A DNA stretch of 64,000 bases, taken from positions 94,674,001 to 94,738,000 of the forward strand of contig NC_043001.1 of the NCBI RefSeq assembly GCF_006345805.1. Direction: 5' to 3'. This document shows, one piece after another, positions 11,106 through 25,600 of the stretch (position 1 is the first letter of the stretch; each line of letters begins with the position of its first letter). The notes beneath the pieces were generated by a model, which did no database searches, was not told where the DNA came from, and saw only the letters and a program-made list of their open reading frames with translations. This DNA comes from Octopus sinensis (taxonomy: Eukaryota). A program made the translations under genes and the position numbers.

Positions 11106-12599
11106 ATCAATTTCAATACTGGGGAAATAGCAATAGTAAAATGAACTGCGGCATCGATATGATTCAAAAACGAAAAGAAGTGATACACCGTCGCATATAA
11201 TGCTTCTGAAACAAAGCTATCTTTAAAAAAATTAACTAAAAATACGTGGAGGATACGATGGGAAATGTGTGAGAAGGGAAATATATGACAATTGTTCTGC
11301 CCTAATGTGAAGCATAAGATGTATAGAACAAAGCGTAATTTAGAAGTCGATACAAATTTCAAGATGCACGTATATTACTGCTCACAATAGCATATTAATT
11401 AAAGGAATGTTTTAGAGCAGAATGACAGTCAACTATATGGAATGAAAAGTACAAACACATTTTTATGTTATTTATTGTATTCCCTGATACATATCAGCGA
11501 AACATCGAAACATTCATACACCACCATACACCTGTGAACACTGAAACACTCACACTTTCTATCTCAGATTCCCCCACCGACACGCTCACATATACACATA
11601 CATATAAAACATGGATAGTATTCAAAGATGTTCAGGCTATCTCCACCACAAAGGTATAGTTATAATTAAGCCTAGAGAGTGTTGTGGTGATAGTTATAAC
11701 AGAACAATCAACGGCATAGATACACCAATAGACATCTTACATCATGAAAGGGGTTGCATGTTTTCTCTTATTAGATGAAAAGAATTTCCAAGTGCACTCA
11801 TTCTATTGTATTACTTCCACTTGTTATGCTTTGAGGGTTGATTGCAAAGCATAATAAGTACGATGCCGACGCAAGCACTCTTGCTCTTTATACCACGAAT
11901 TTTGCCAATATCCCCAATATTCTATGGATATCCTTGCCGTGTATTTGATAGAAAATTGTAATTGGTGTATGATAATGTAATCAGACATCCAGATAAAATG
12001 TACCGTGTTATGAATTACGTTGCCGAAGGTTATATCGTTGCTGCATTCAAAGATATTTTCCCACTTTCAGAAAAGTCGTTTCTTCATAATAGATGCACAA
12101 GCGAATATTTTGGAGGCAACATAAATATTTAATACACGTTATTAATACATAAATATTGATGTATGTATATCTATGTATTTATGTACTCATACATCTTATT
12201 CCCCCCTCCCTGTTTTTATATATTCTTTTCACATCTTGGCCTCTCTCGCTGTATATTATATATATATGTGTGTTTGTTCGTGTGTCTGTGTGAGCGTGGG
12301 TATGTGTATATATATATATTTATATATAGACGGGTGTGTATGTATATATGTATATATTATCATATATATGTATGCAGGTATGTATATCTGGGTGTGTGCG
12401 TGTGTGTATTCAAGTGTTTAAGCATTTCAAGTATGTGTAAAATCGGCGAAAATGAAATATACAAAAAGTACATAATGTGCAAAAATCCCAAGCTAGCGTT
12501 GACATTTTCGGAAATTTCCCAGGTGAACAGATATACGTATATTTTACTCTCTATTCCAATGTATTGTCTGATCACTTATTAACTGTCTTTTAAATATTC

Positions 12600-13272
12600 T
12601 TCTAGAATACAATTTGTAGTACACAAGAGGTTTAAACTCGTGCAGGTAAAGAAGTAAATGCAAGGATAAGCAAGGTAGGCTGTCAACCTCTACCACATCC
12701 CTATTCACATTCCTATTGGCAATTTCCTACCCCTCTGCATACAATGGCATTGCTACCCCGATACTAACCCAATTCTTTTGCTCCACTAACAGTTACTATA
12801 TAGACTACCATCACACCCACTGTCTATACCCGTCTAACTTCTCTCATACTTTTCTACATAACTTAGTAATCGCCCTCAGACACTGAACCAGCCAACGTAT
12901 TTCCCTCAAATAATGCCCATTCCCTTTTTCACTATCTCAGCCATTAAGCATATAGATTTAGTACCAACTAGCACGAAGACTACCTTCCACATACTAACTA
13001 GACCACCGTCCCTTCTTCTTCCTACTTTCCACCTCTGGAACTATATTTCCCTCGTAGCTGACGGTGGAATCAATCTGAAAAAATTATTTTGGAGTATCAA
13101 TCCCCCAGAAACAGCTTTTGGATTCATAATACTTTTCTTTAACCTATTTCATACTTGATATCATTTCTATATTGCATAAGTCGGACATAGATAAACATAC
13201 AGACACTTTCTGTATTTCATGCATTTAATATATTTTGTATTTTGAGGTGTCTTTCTCAACATTACAAAGATG

Positions 13273-13356
<84 letters not shown>

Positions 13357-14200
13357 CATACATACATACATATATACATACATACATACATACATACATA
13401 CATACATACATACATACATACATACATACATACATACATACATTCATACATACATACAAACATACATACAGAAACACACATTCTCACACACATATCTACA
13501 TACCTTAAGTACGACACGTCAAACACTTTTCCATTCTTCCCGGGTATCAGATTGATGCACCCGCTTGGTTTTGTGTCTTGCTTGCGTACATTTGAATCAT
13601 ATATATGTACATGTATTTCTTAAGTTATCCGTCCCTATGTTTTAAAGCGTTTACTTAGTTCATCATTAATAACACGGACCAGCTGATTTACTAAAAATAA
13701 TCAAAACCCTCAGTGTCAACTCTGTAACACTCTCACCTTTTTTAATTGATATCGCTCCCTCAAAACATAACGAGCTTACCTTTCCTTTATTGTCTAACAC
13801 CAACAATGGCACAATATAGTGACCAAACGGTAGGGCAAAGTATTTATGACCGACTAAACTCTGGTGAGAACATGTCAATTCATCTGCCTCATCTGTATTA
13901 TCACAAACCTTAAAATTTATAGAATTGTTATTTTTTTTCATTCCTCTGACTGTTTCTCCCCTCTAATTTTTGAAATCCTTGACCTGCACACTGCCATTTC
14001 CTGCACACTAACATTTCATACTTCTTCAGTCATAGACCATCAACATCCAACTACACACATAGCCCTTCCCTTCTTCACTTATCATATTGCGAATATCTTA
14101 AAAAGGAGCCAGATACATCCCTATCCTCAATTCCTTGTTATACGTATCCGTACTTCGACAACACTACTATGCGACACATATTATCTCCCTCTCGCGCTTT
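12600..14200 (-). mobile_element. Possible LTR-retrotransposon (Gypsy/DIRS-like) pol relic split by a microsatellite
   Basis: VGHKYFALPFGHYIVP near 13800-13850 resembles the RT G.YQF..LPFGL..AP motif; purine-rich, decayed coding-like flanks; alignment by eye only. Confidence 0.35.
13270..13500. repeat. (TA)n followed by (TACA)n
   Basis: Seen directly. Confidence 0.95.
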
Positions 14201-14220
14201 TGCCCTCTCTTGATATACAT

Positions 14221-14278
<58 letters not shown>

Positions 14279-14709
14279 TCAAACATACATACATACATAT
14301 ACAAATGCTTGCATACGTGCGTAAAATTCTACAATAAAAAATATAAATCTTGCTAAACACAGATAAACAGGTGTCTTGCACCTTTTTTATGGGATGGCTG
14401 GACATAATTTATTTCACCATTCTTCAAATTGCGAGCAGGATCGTTGGTCAATTGTCTTTTGAACAGGTAACGCTTAACCAAAAAAACAAAAAATGTGAGG
14501 ATGACAAGAACAAAACAAGTGAGATAGTAGCCGTTTAAATGAAATTCGATGTCATGTTCTCAGCATGAAAAATAAATTATTTCCACCCGGAAACTGGGTT
14601 GCTGTATTTAACAAGATTTGCTGTTCTTTTATTATAACATTCTCTTTACCCTTTCAGCTAATCTTGTACATCCTATATGCTGAAGCATTACCATATTATC
14701 ACATTACAC

Positions 14710-14920
<211 letters not shown>

Positions 14921-15902
14921 AAATAAGGATAAGATCGTTAATTTAAATAAAATAATGATCTTATCAAGTGACCAGCATGGAAATAAAAACCTTCAAAGGT
15001 AATCATTATTATTAAAATGATTAAACTTATTAAACTTATTAAAATTATAGTTTAGGGTATCCACAAGATACCACCATGCTGAAAATAGCAGCCAAAATTT
15101 AACTCTAAAACCACATTTTGGCTGCTTTTTTCATCATAGCGGTATCTCGTAGATACTCTAAATTTGAATAATATATATACATATATATATTCTCTCGCAC
15201 ACAGAAACACACAAACACACACAGAAGCACGCCCATATATGCATATATACATCTATATAGATAGAAACGATTACAGAAATACTTACAAGCAAAATTGGTT
15301 CATTCACTCAAGCGTACACAATCACAATTTTGTACAAAGACGGGAACAAATCAAAGCCACTGAACGTACACCAAAAACAATCTTCATAATGTTTGTTACG
15401 TACAAATGGAAACTCGTATTACATCGAAAAGTTAACACATAAAACATACATCCTTACTGTACCATGTAAGCGCAAATTATCTAATGAATCCGTATCTAAT
15501 GTTACACGATTTGATGGCACCTACGAAAGAGCATAAATAATAAAATCACATCTGCATCGACATAAAAAAATGAAACATTAGTGAACCTAATACAAAACAA
15601 ACCTGATGTGTGTAAGAGACCATACATGCACAGACACATATATGTGTTTGTAATTCTTACCTACTACTCAAGTTGTATAATTATTACCAATGTCCGCCAG
15701 AGACCTCACGTTAAACGTCACCAATATTCTGCTCGGGTATTTAAGTACAACATACACGCTACAAATCATACAGACACACACATTAACACACAAAAACAAA
15801 CACAGACACACACACACATATTCAAAATACTACACTAGTCAGTACACAGTTCAATAGATAGAGAAATGGGGATATAAGGATATACAGCTATATTTATTGA
15901 AT

Positions 15903-16273
15903 GAGTGGATGTGTGGTAAGTAGTTTGTTTACGAACCACGTGGTTCCAGGTTCACTCCTACTGCGTGGCATCTTGGCCAAGAGTCTTCTACTATCGCCTC
16001 GAGCCGACCAAAGCCTTGTGAGTGGATTTTGTAGACGGAAACTGAAATAAGCCCGTCGTATATATGTATATATATATGTGTGTGTGTGTGCATGTGTGTG
16101 TGTGTGCGTGTGTGTGCGTGTATGTGTGTGTGTTTGTGTCTCTGTGTTTGTCCCCCTCAACATCGCTTGACAACCGGTGCTGGTGTGTTTACATCCAGAT
16201 ACCGATAAAATAAATACTAGGCATACAAAGAGTAAGTCATTGGGTCGATTTGTTCGACTAAACTCGGTGCTCC
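15903..16273 (+). mobile_element. SINE family A
   Basis: gtgtggtaagtagtttg..ggttcactcc..gagccgaccaaagccttgtgagtggatttt..ttcgactaaa. Confidence 0.9.
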
Positions 16274-16327
16274 GAATTATGTATAATGAATATCTCATCT
16301 TTATACATCATAATCTTTCAAGTTCAC

Positions 16328-16339
16328 CGCGCATGCGCA
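16328..16339. promoter_or_regulatory. NRF1-type palindrome CGCGCATGCGCA
   Basis: Exact match to YGCGCAYGCGCR in otherwise CpG-poor DNA; function not shown. Confidence 0.3.
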
Positions 16340-16431
16340 GCTTCAGAGAATACGTTGTCTATTGACTGATTATACATGCTAGGGCACTGGTAGTGTAATT
16401 TCTAAAAAAAACTTGCTAACCTATATTTTAC

Positions 16432-16467
<36 letters not shown>

Positions 16468-16469
16468 GT

Positions 16470-16645
16470 TTGTGTGTCTGTATTTGTCCCCCAACATCAC
16501 TTGACAACCGATACTATTGTGTTTACGCCCCCGTAACTTAGAGGTTCGGCAATAGAGACCTATATAATAAGTATTAAGCATACAAAGAATGGATTCTGGG
16601 GTTGATGGTCCAGCATGTCCGCAGTCAAATGTCTGATGGAAAATA
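16470..16645 (+). mobile_element. SINE family A, 3' half
   Basis: tttgtcccccaacatcacttgacaaccga..cagcatgtccgcagtcaaatg. Confidence 0.8.
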
Positions 16646-18327
16646 ATAAAACAATATTTTTATGTATATACATATATATATATACTTATATATATATATC
16701 CCTATGTAATTATATATACTTAGTATCACCTATGAAAATGTCCTTCCCATGCTTGAATCACTTGATGTGCAGACATACTCTGCTCTACTTCACACAATAA
16801 CTACTGCGATGTACATGCCATTCTTTACTTCTGAGTAGATAAGTGCAATGAAAAGCGGACTGTGCGGTTTATAATCTGAATCTTCAATTCAAATTCACAG
16901 GCTTCAGAATAGATTATTAGTAACTTCAATCTAAAATCAGACTTCACAAGAAGAAAGTTGCCAGTGTTTTAATACAACAATATACACATGTATATTCACG
17001 TACTAACTTAAAATTCATATGAACATAAAAGAAAGTAAAATCGAATCGAAAATAAAAAGATAAAAAATACCAAAAAATCAACAAAACAAATGCTCATCTT
17101 CCGTTACACGAATCATCTTAACTGTGCACTGATGTTGAAATATGTTCGATTTCCGATCATATAACAGGATGGATTTTCTTCTCTATTGATCGTCAAGCTG
17201 TCAAACATGCTAGCTGCATCTCTTTTCCAATTCACTGCCTCTCTCAATGTAGCTTTCAATGACACTATTGTTAACAACATACTGTATTACAGTACTATGA
17301 CAGTGAAATGGAGACGGCATATATTTCGGGTATATTGTTTCTCTCTATACTGAAAATAACCCCCGAAATCATCCTCTTTCTCATTGCCATCATTACGTTT
17401 CATCTATTGTACTACATTTTTTTAAAAAGATAATAATTATCCTTTAACTCCTTCGACTACTTATTTCCATCCAACATAATTCTATCATCGTTATTCTTTC
17501 TGGATTCACACTTACATTCACTCCTTCTCCTCACACTCATTCAGTCCTCCGTTTTCTTCTTCCTTACCATCAGAACTCAACTACATTATAATCATCAACA
17601 TTTTCCTTGACTTGATATCGACATGTCCACATGTCGTCATCGCTATGCTGATTATCATAATCATCAAAACCATCACCTGCCTCCTCATCATCTCGATACT
17701 CTCAGCCTCTTGATCGTGCGTAACGTAATAGCTGTATACATCAAGATGACCGCACACAAATATAATTATCTGCATGCCAAATTCAATACGTATCACATAC
17801 CGTTATCTATCTACACACCCCGTGTGCTACAATCTCCTCTACTTAATGCAGAGGAGTAAATACATTCAAATTCATATAATAGATCTATCAACATATTTTA
17901 TATGATTGAAGATTAAAAATAATTTCCTCTATATTGGAGACCAATACTGAACAACGCAATGTCCAATGAGATTACGTAACATTTTTCGTGCACAATGAAA
18001 CGAATGGGTAGAAGCTAATTTAGCAAACCATTGTTGGCAAACATACTTATGGATAAGCAAAAGTGTGTCTGTATAGGCGGTCAATCGACTTGCTTCACTT
18101 AACAGCAAATTTCCATTAAATGAATACAACCTAATTAACGATAGTAAATACAATTTGCAAAATGTTCTCGATAGATAATGAGAAACAGACAAAACGCGTT
18201 TGAGAAATAAGGGTTAAAACACAACAAACGGAAGTTAACACTTGATAAATATAACCCTGAAGATTCTCTACAAACGAATGACTAAATGGTAGCCAATAAT
18301 GGGTAACCGTGTCTATGTTTGTATGCT

Positions 18328-18360
<33 letters not shown>

Positions 18361-18764
18361 CTATGTGTGTGTATATGCAATCATATGTGTATGTGTGTGT
18401 ATGCCTGGGTGTTTACTTCTGCTTAACTTCAAGTGGGTTATATTTTATACGTAACAGTCATGACATTAATAATGTTAGATACGAATATTATAAATTGTTT
18501 CAACCTATCCAGCAAGAATTAATGCCCAAATCTATAATGTAGGAAACCCGAATATTTCAACAATAAAATAAGACATTGACAATGTAACACCATTTATATT
18601 ACAAGGAGTACTATTCACATCGGTTGGGTGTCACTTGAATGAGAATGCAAGTGATTATTTGGCCAACTATGATGCGATTGACTGATGTTAGAGTGTTAGA
18701 TTCACAAGATCGTCCAAAATAATTCCTAATAAATCAGATTTTAAATACCGCTTAGTTCCGTATT

Positions 18765-18875
18765 AGGACAATTACCCCTCTAGGACGATTACACTTCCCC
18801 CACCATAGGACAATTCCCTCGACGACAACTACGACCTAGGGAAAATTATCCCCTTTAGTTAATTAACCCCTCTCC
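18765..18875. repeat. Degenerate array of about six (t)aggacaattncccc motifs
   Basis: taggacaattacccc, taggacgattacac, taggacaattccctc, gacgacaactac, tagggaaaattatcccc. Confidence 0.6.
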
Positions 18876-20334
18876 AATATATTAGAAGCATTTGAATCAC
18901 ATGTGGAAACAGGAAAAAGACACACGGCTCATACAAGTTCAACCGTAAACGGTATGGAGCGTTTGATAAGATTGTTTAGAATTGTTTAGCGTTTACCGGG
19001 GTAAACACTAAAAATGCTTTTACTGCTGTCTCCTTCAATCTGAAATAAAATTGTTTGACACGTCGGCTTATCAGATTATATAAATCATACTAAACCTACA
19101 ATAATCCATGACAGTTACAACTGACTCTCCTAAGATGGTCTAACACCTTTCAGGAATGCATCTCGAACTTTGGCATAAATATGTTGATGGTTACAAATTA
19201 GATACTTCTTGCCATTATAGGCAACATTTTTGCTATTATCTATAAATTTGCAGCATATATTTGAGGAATATTTTTTTGTATAAGCTACTTATGGCTTAGA
19301 AAATATGTTGTTATTTAAGACTACGTAACATATTAAGAAATAACAATGGAAATAAGGAGATTGTTAAGAAATAACGTTATTATTCTGACAGATTACATTA
19401 ATTTTATAACTTAAGGGGGAGAAATATTAAACGTCTCAATTTTAAATTATTAATGAATGCAATATTGTTAATATATATCAGGTATAGTTTTTTACATGAT
19501 TTAAACAGCTGAAACAAGCTCCTGTTCACTAACAAAACTTGTAAAGTGATTTTTTAACGAAATATTGCGTAGTTAAATACACACGAATTGAATTCTTTTG
19601 AAACGTAATATTAGTAACGGTGTATAAAAAAAAGAGCATTAAAGCAAATGTACCGCAGAATAGTGAATGCACGTGCTATGATACAATTATGACGACCAAA
19701 CACGTATTTTAAAAAATATAAACAATCTATTTTACGAACTCACACAGAAGTCATTTAAATATAATTCCTCCTCTCCTCGAAAAAGATAACTAACCAAGAG
19801 ATATAAATCATAGGGATACATAATGCAGATTATTTTTGAATGTGTGTACATTTCCCATGGTTTTGTATAAAGAGAATGTAAAAAAGCAAACATTTCCGAT
19901 ATGCAAAATGTAAAAAGATCTAAGTATAATTTGTGCTTAATTTGTTTGTAAATAAACTTTGTATGAAATATTCCGTTGGATGTTTCGAGTTTAAAATTTA
20001 TATACTAAGATATATAAAACATAATCAATAACAAATCGTGATGGTACTTTTGATATATACTTTCATATGTAATATATGCTAACACACCTGCATATCTAAC
20101 AGACAGATCCCTATTGAAACAGGTTAACTTGCACGAACATGTATATATGTTGCTGGTCATTGTGTCATTCATAAGGTTGAGTGTTTACATACGATTCAGT
20201 ATAGAGAAATAAATCGATAAAATTATATTGATGTTAGTGTAGTTTCGTTTCATAATGTTATATTTGAAATATTTACATTTTACAGAGAGATATCTAACGC
20301 TTTTTCGTATGCGAATATTTTTATACATATATAT

Positions 20335-20556
20335 TTCTTTACTACCCACAAGGGGCTAAACACAGAGGGGACAAACCAGTACAGACAAACGAATTAAGTC
20401 AATTACATCGACCCCAGTGCGTAACTGGTACTTATTTAATCGACCCCGAAAAATGAAAGGCAAAGTCGACCTCGGCGGAATTTGAACGTAAAGACAGACA
20501 GAATATCAATAAGCATTTCGCCCGGTGTGCTAACGTTCTGCCAGCTCTCCGCCTTT
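20335..20556 (-). mobile_element. SINE family B, full length
   Basis: atttctttactacccacaaggggctaaacac..caaagtcgacctcggcggaatttgaac..ctgccagctctccgcct. Confidence 0.9.
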
Positions 20557-21351
20557 ATACATATAATGTGTCTTATGTAGCATAAAGTAGCCCAATCTTT
20601 ATTAGAAAATATTATGTGTAAACACTACATCCACCTTACCACATGTAGTACCTGTTCGGCTTCGAACTATATTTCCTTTATTTACGAATGTAATAAAGAT
20701 TCATGAAACATTATTAACCTTAAGATAACATTAATATTCTCATTAAACTTGTGTCTAGTGATTTTGTTGCACATGCAACATATTGCCAATGCATCTTACT
20801 ATATGAAACCATCAATACAAGGTTTGGTGTGATACCGACAGGTGTTTCGCGAATTCTCCAGTGAATACGATTTTACTGTGTCACTGTTGAGACGTTAATT
20901 GCAATCATGGATATTGAAATACTAAATTCGTTATGTAATATATTTCTAAAATAACGGTTGGAAATAATTTCCTATTGCCTAAATTATTGTAAAATATACC
21001 CATGTTCTTATGCAGGTGTTTATATAACAGGCTTATTAATTAATGCAGGTTTTATGGGACTATAGGCCGAATTCTTTTTTATTGATGACTGTTAAGTTTA
21101 TTATCTTTTTTAATTTTTCACTTGTTTCAGTTGTTTCAGTTATTCACTATTGTCCTTTGATCACTTTGTCAGCCAAGTTTTCCAGTAACACCCACGGCAC
21201 TTTGACTATTGTTGCTGAAGTGTACGTTTAAGTCACCTGTTTAAATTTTTAAATATACTACAAGTGGCTATTTATGAAAATGTCTTCTACCTGCTCAAAC
21301 ACCAATATCAATGCTTGAGGCATCTTCTGTTGGTACATACACTTATATAGT

Positions 21352-21660
21352 GGAGGCATATGGTCTAATGATTAGAGTAGCAGACTCGCAGTCGAGCGAT
21401 CGCGGGCTCGAATCTGAGACCGGGTGATGTGTGTTATTATGAGCGAAACACCTAAGCTCCACGCGGCTCCGGCAGAAGGTAATAGTGAAATTCTGCTGAC
21501 TCTTTCGCCACAACTTTCTCTCACTCTTTCCTCCTGCATCTTGCAGCTCACCTGCGACGGACCGGCGTCCTGTTCATGTGGGGAACCTATACGCCAGGGA
21601 AACCGGGAAACCGGCCCATATGAGCCAGGCATGGCTAGAGAAGGAACATACGAACATACA
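21352..21660 (+). mobile_element. tRNA-derived SINE family C with V-SINE-like 3' core
   Basis: tRNA-like head ggaggcatatggtctaatgattagag..gggctcgaatct; cctgcgacggaccggcgtcctgttca resembles the V-domain gcgatggactggcgacctgtccagg; related to 38251-38548. Confidence 0.8.
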
Positions 21661-22425
21661 CTTATATGATGATAACGTTTGCATGTTTTGACTGTATTCT
21701 TGTTGAGATGAAGCGTTCGATGAATGGTTTCCATCTCATTGTTTCTGCTTAGGTTTAACCAATATCTTCAACATTATATATACGTTCATAAAATGCAAAA
21801 CGCTTTGTCTTCTGTATTTCAATTTAAAAGACAATATGATACTAATTTTCTCGACTTACTCATATTTTATCATTTATTAGTCCTCTGTATGACGAAGGAA
21901 ACGCTTTTTCTTTTCAAATTTTCTGTTTTATTTCAGTATATATCTGGATTGATTTTCATTTCTTCTGCAGCGTCTCTTTATTGCATCCGTGGAGAAAATT
22001 GCGGCAGCAAATTGTGGTAGAAAATTGCTGTAAATAAAACTTGAAATGTATTACATATAGATTAGATTAGAACATTGAGTTTCAACGCTGATCACATCAT
22101 CGAGCGGTGAAATTGTTCTACTTTCAGTATTATCTATAATTTAGTACAATTTACTTTATATGATACTGGCTCAAACTTCCTAAAAAATATATCATTTTGT
22201 AATTGTGAACTTTATTTTATAAATGTAAGTATCTAATATATATCTTTGCAAAAATATATTGTTGTTTATGAAAAGATTACTTGTGCTTAAATATCGTTTC
22301 CAAATATACAAAAGCAATGGGAAAAGGCGTTTATTTGCTTTTGTATTTTCATGATCGTCATTTAAGTTGTTATAATTTGACAGTACTTCAGCTGTCCAAT
22401 GACCGATTGCATTAAATTAATAAGG

Positions 22426-22483
22426 ATCCTGTTATCATCACAACTGTATAGCATATCCTGTTATCATCACAAATGTATAGCAT
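22426..22483. repeat. 29-bp tandem duplication
   Basis: atcctgttatcatcacaa(c/a)tgtatagcat twice. Confidence 0.9.
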
Positions 22484-23170
22484 ATCATGTGACAAATTGA
22501 AATATAACGTGCCATTGTTGCTATTGTTTAATTGGGTGTAATTATATTACATAATTATATTATGTAAACCTAATATGTTCCACTAATACCCCGATTTATA
22601 TATAATAAACATAAGATTGATATACTGAATATGCATAGCATTGAGACGTGAAATGTATGTCCTGATGCACATGGCTGCCTTAGACAATAATGTAAATGCA
22701 GTGTTACATTTTAGACAAAAACATATTGTCCTGTATTCATATTATGTTGACTATTGTATCCTCCGAAATAGCTTTTGACCACAAGATACAAAATAATTTG
22801 AACAGCTGCTAAGAAGACACAATCCAAATTTGAGAATTTCAATACTACTAAACTATTAATGAAATGTCAAACTTACTTTTAGAATACTGTCATCCATTTT
22901 CTGTTTAAAGTTTACATATTGGTAAAGTAATATAACAAACATTTCACAATGCGGTTACTTCAGGTGGAGGAAACATTTTCAGATCAAGACTACAACGCCA
23001 CAACGTTATATACAATTTTCAGAATTATAAAATTATACTAGACACTTCACTCAGACAATTTTCTCTGCATAAATGTATCAATTGTGTCATTGCATAGGGA
23101 CACACTCAAATATTGAGATAGCAGGTGTGTGCTCATTTTTCAATAATTTTGTAATCACCGTATAGGCCAT

Positions 23171-23245
<75 letters not shown>

Positions 23246-23982
23246 CCTTTGCACAACAATATATCACAAATACAAATATACATTTTAAGAAAGTCAGTAA
23301 ACAATCTAATTTTTCTCTCTTAAGCCCTCATAAAACTTGGCATAATTTACATAGTATTATCTGCTCTTGTATAAAGCATCAAATAATCTTATACCTGATA
23401 AATATATAATTATAACATAATCTAAATGTAGCGTAGATACAATTTTTCCCTGATGGTGGGGGCATTCTATGGAAATTAATATTACGATTCACATGTAATC
23501 AATCTGCACGAATGTGCTCTAGGGAATTGCTATTTCGAAGACATGTTGAAACAGATTTTTACGGTGCGTTAAGTGGATAGTATAAAATATCTCCTTACTA
23601 CTTTAACTTATACTGTCATTTGTACATGCATATATATAATGTCCTACATGTGTAAATAGATGAATATTTTTGCTTCGTTGTGATAAGGACCAAGATGGAT
23701 CTTCTAACTTGGAAATGAAACTGAGCACAATTTCATTTCGATTTGCGCTCTATGTGTACATGGGATATCTGTGGAAGGCTGTTGGACGAACAGTAGTAAA
23801 CACGTTTACACCCTGCTGTGTTTACATTTTGTCACTTTAATGCAATACTTTGGTCAATGCCCCGAGTATTGCATTATGTATCAAAGGGTCCTTGGAAAGC
23901 CTATCTACATAAAATTGAAACACATTACAATTGAATAAGCAAATTACAAATGTATTTGTAAAACGATCCAAAATTCGATTTC

Positions 23983-24032
<50 letters not shown>

Positions 24033-24643
24033 AGTTTAGGACATTCTAACAATTTTCATAACAATGGTGGTATCAAATCCTACATTACTCCATGACAATT
24101 AAACCAATTCACATTGCGTGACACACATATGACACACGTGGAAAAGAAAAACAGATGGGCGTGGATAATGGCAGATATATAACCTGATATTATGTGAGTC
24201 TTTCATCTCTACTCATGCAAAATGATATGTATGATATATTGATATATCAAGAGAAAGCAAGCATTGTATATCAGCTAGCTTATTCTGAATACTACAAGAT
24301 TAAAAGTGGAACTATCAATAAACAATAGAGATATGTAGTCAACGAATTAAACACATTGAAACGGAAACAAAAGTAAATCATTCAGAATACAAAATAAAAG
24401 TATTGCATATTTGAATAAGTTGACGCATGGAGTAATACACCAATAATGTATTGTGTTCAAATAAGTAAATTATATCAATGAGACCCCAATTGATTACATG
24501 AAACAATTGACATTAAAAGAAAATGTAGAAATTAAATACACCATGAACGTCAATTTTTGAGACAAAACATTTCTCAGTGCATCTTCACTGGTTGACGTAT
24601 GAAATGCATATGTATTTATGCATGCATAAATGCAATTGTATTA

Positions 24644-24712
<69 letters not shown>

Positions 24713-25484
24713 GTGTATGTATGTATGTATGTATAGTACACATGAACTTATTACAAACTATTACAAGCGTGCTTCTCGTATAAACATGACTATACATATC
24801 CTAACTTAAATAGTTTCCAAATGTATATACTAAAATGGTATCATCTTATGGAAAGTAGCATGTTTCTAGTCCCTGTGATCCTAAACGTTTAGAAGCTTAC
24901 ACTTGTTTGCCATAAGCGTTTATCATCCCGAAATTTCGTGTTTTACTACATATTCGTAGGGATTTCTGTAAAAACAAACAAAAAAATTCCAACGACTTTT
25001 AGCAAATACATTACCTTTCATTACCCTGGTATTTGTTGATGACAGGATGTTCCATTGAAGTACTGGTGTCAGTCGCGTTGATAAATTACTTCAATCAAAA
25101 TTGTGTTTTTTTCCCTCAAAATAAGAAAGATTTAATAACTCTTGCTGTTTAAGAATATTAGTTACACATCAAAACAATATGGAATTTTATACGCATGAAT
25201 CGGTACAACATCTATCTGTTATTCAGATCTGTAGCGTTGAGGAATTATTTAGATATTACTAATCATAATATATTAATACACACACACATAAAACTGTGTA
25301 ACAAAGCTCTAATTTATTTTTTGTCGTTTGCCATTCAGTGTTATTTCTTATTTGCATCTATCTAGGAATCAAACAAAATGAGTATTAATCCCTTCAAACT
25401 TTGCTTATGTGACCTGGACATCAATCTTGCGAAAATGATTTATTTACCATTACGTTTCAGACAGATTCATCGATGAGTTGTGAA

Positions 25485-25600
25485 GCAGACTTTCCTAGAA
25501 TTTCCTAGATGTTTTATGAAGTTTCGAGAAGTTTCTAAAAGTTTCAAGAATTTCTAGAATATTCGGCAAAACAGATGGCAGTATAAATACATGGATCATA
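25485..25600. repeat. Degenerate tttctagaa motif array ending in cagatggcagtataaata (LTR-like relic)
   Basis: tttcctagaa, tttcctagat, tttcgagaa, tttctaaaa, tttcaagaa, tttctagaa, then a TATA-like motif; LTR origin is inference. Confidence 0.4.

Noticed and set aside
20755-20775. 15-nt match to the 3' part of miR-7 (ctagtgattttgttg)
   Set aside because: The seed TGGAAGA is absent and there is no star arm.
20830-20865. Hammerhead-like ctggaga..gaaac-acct-gtc on the minus strand
   Set aside because: Core mismatch, and neither stem I nor stem II forms.
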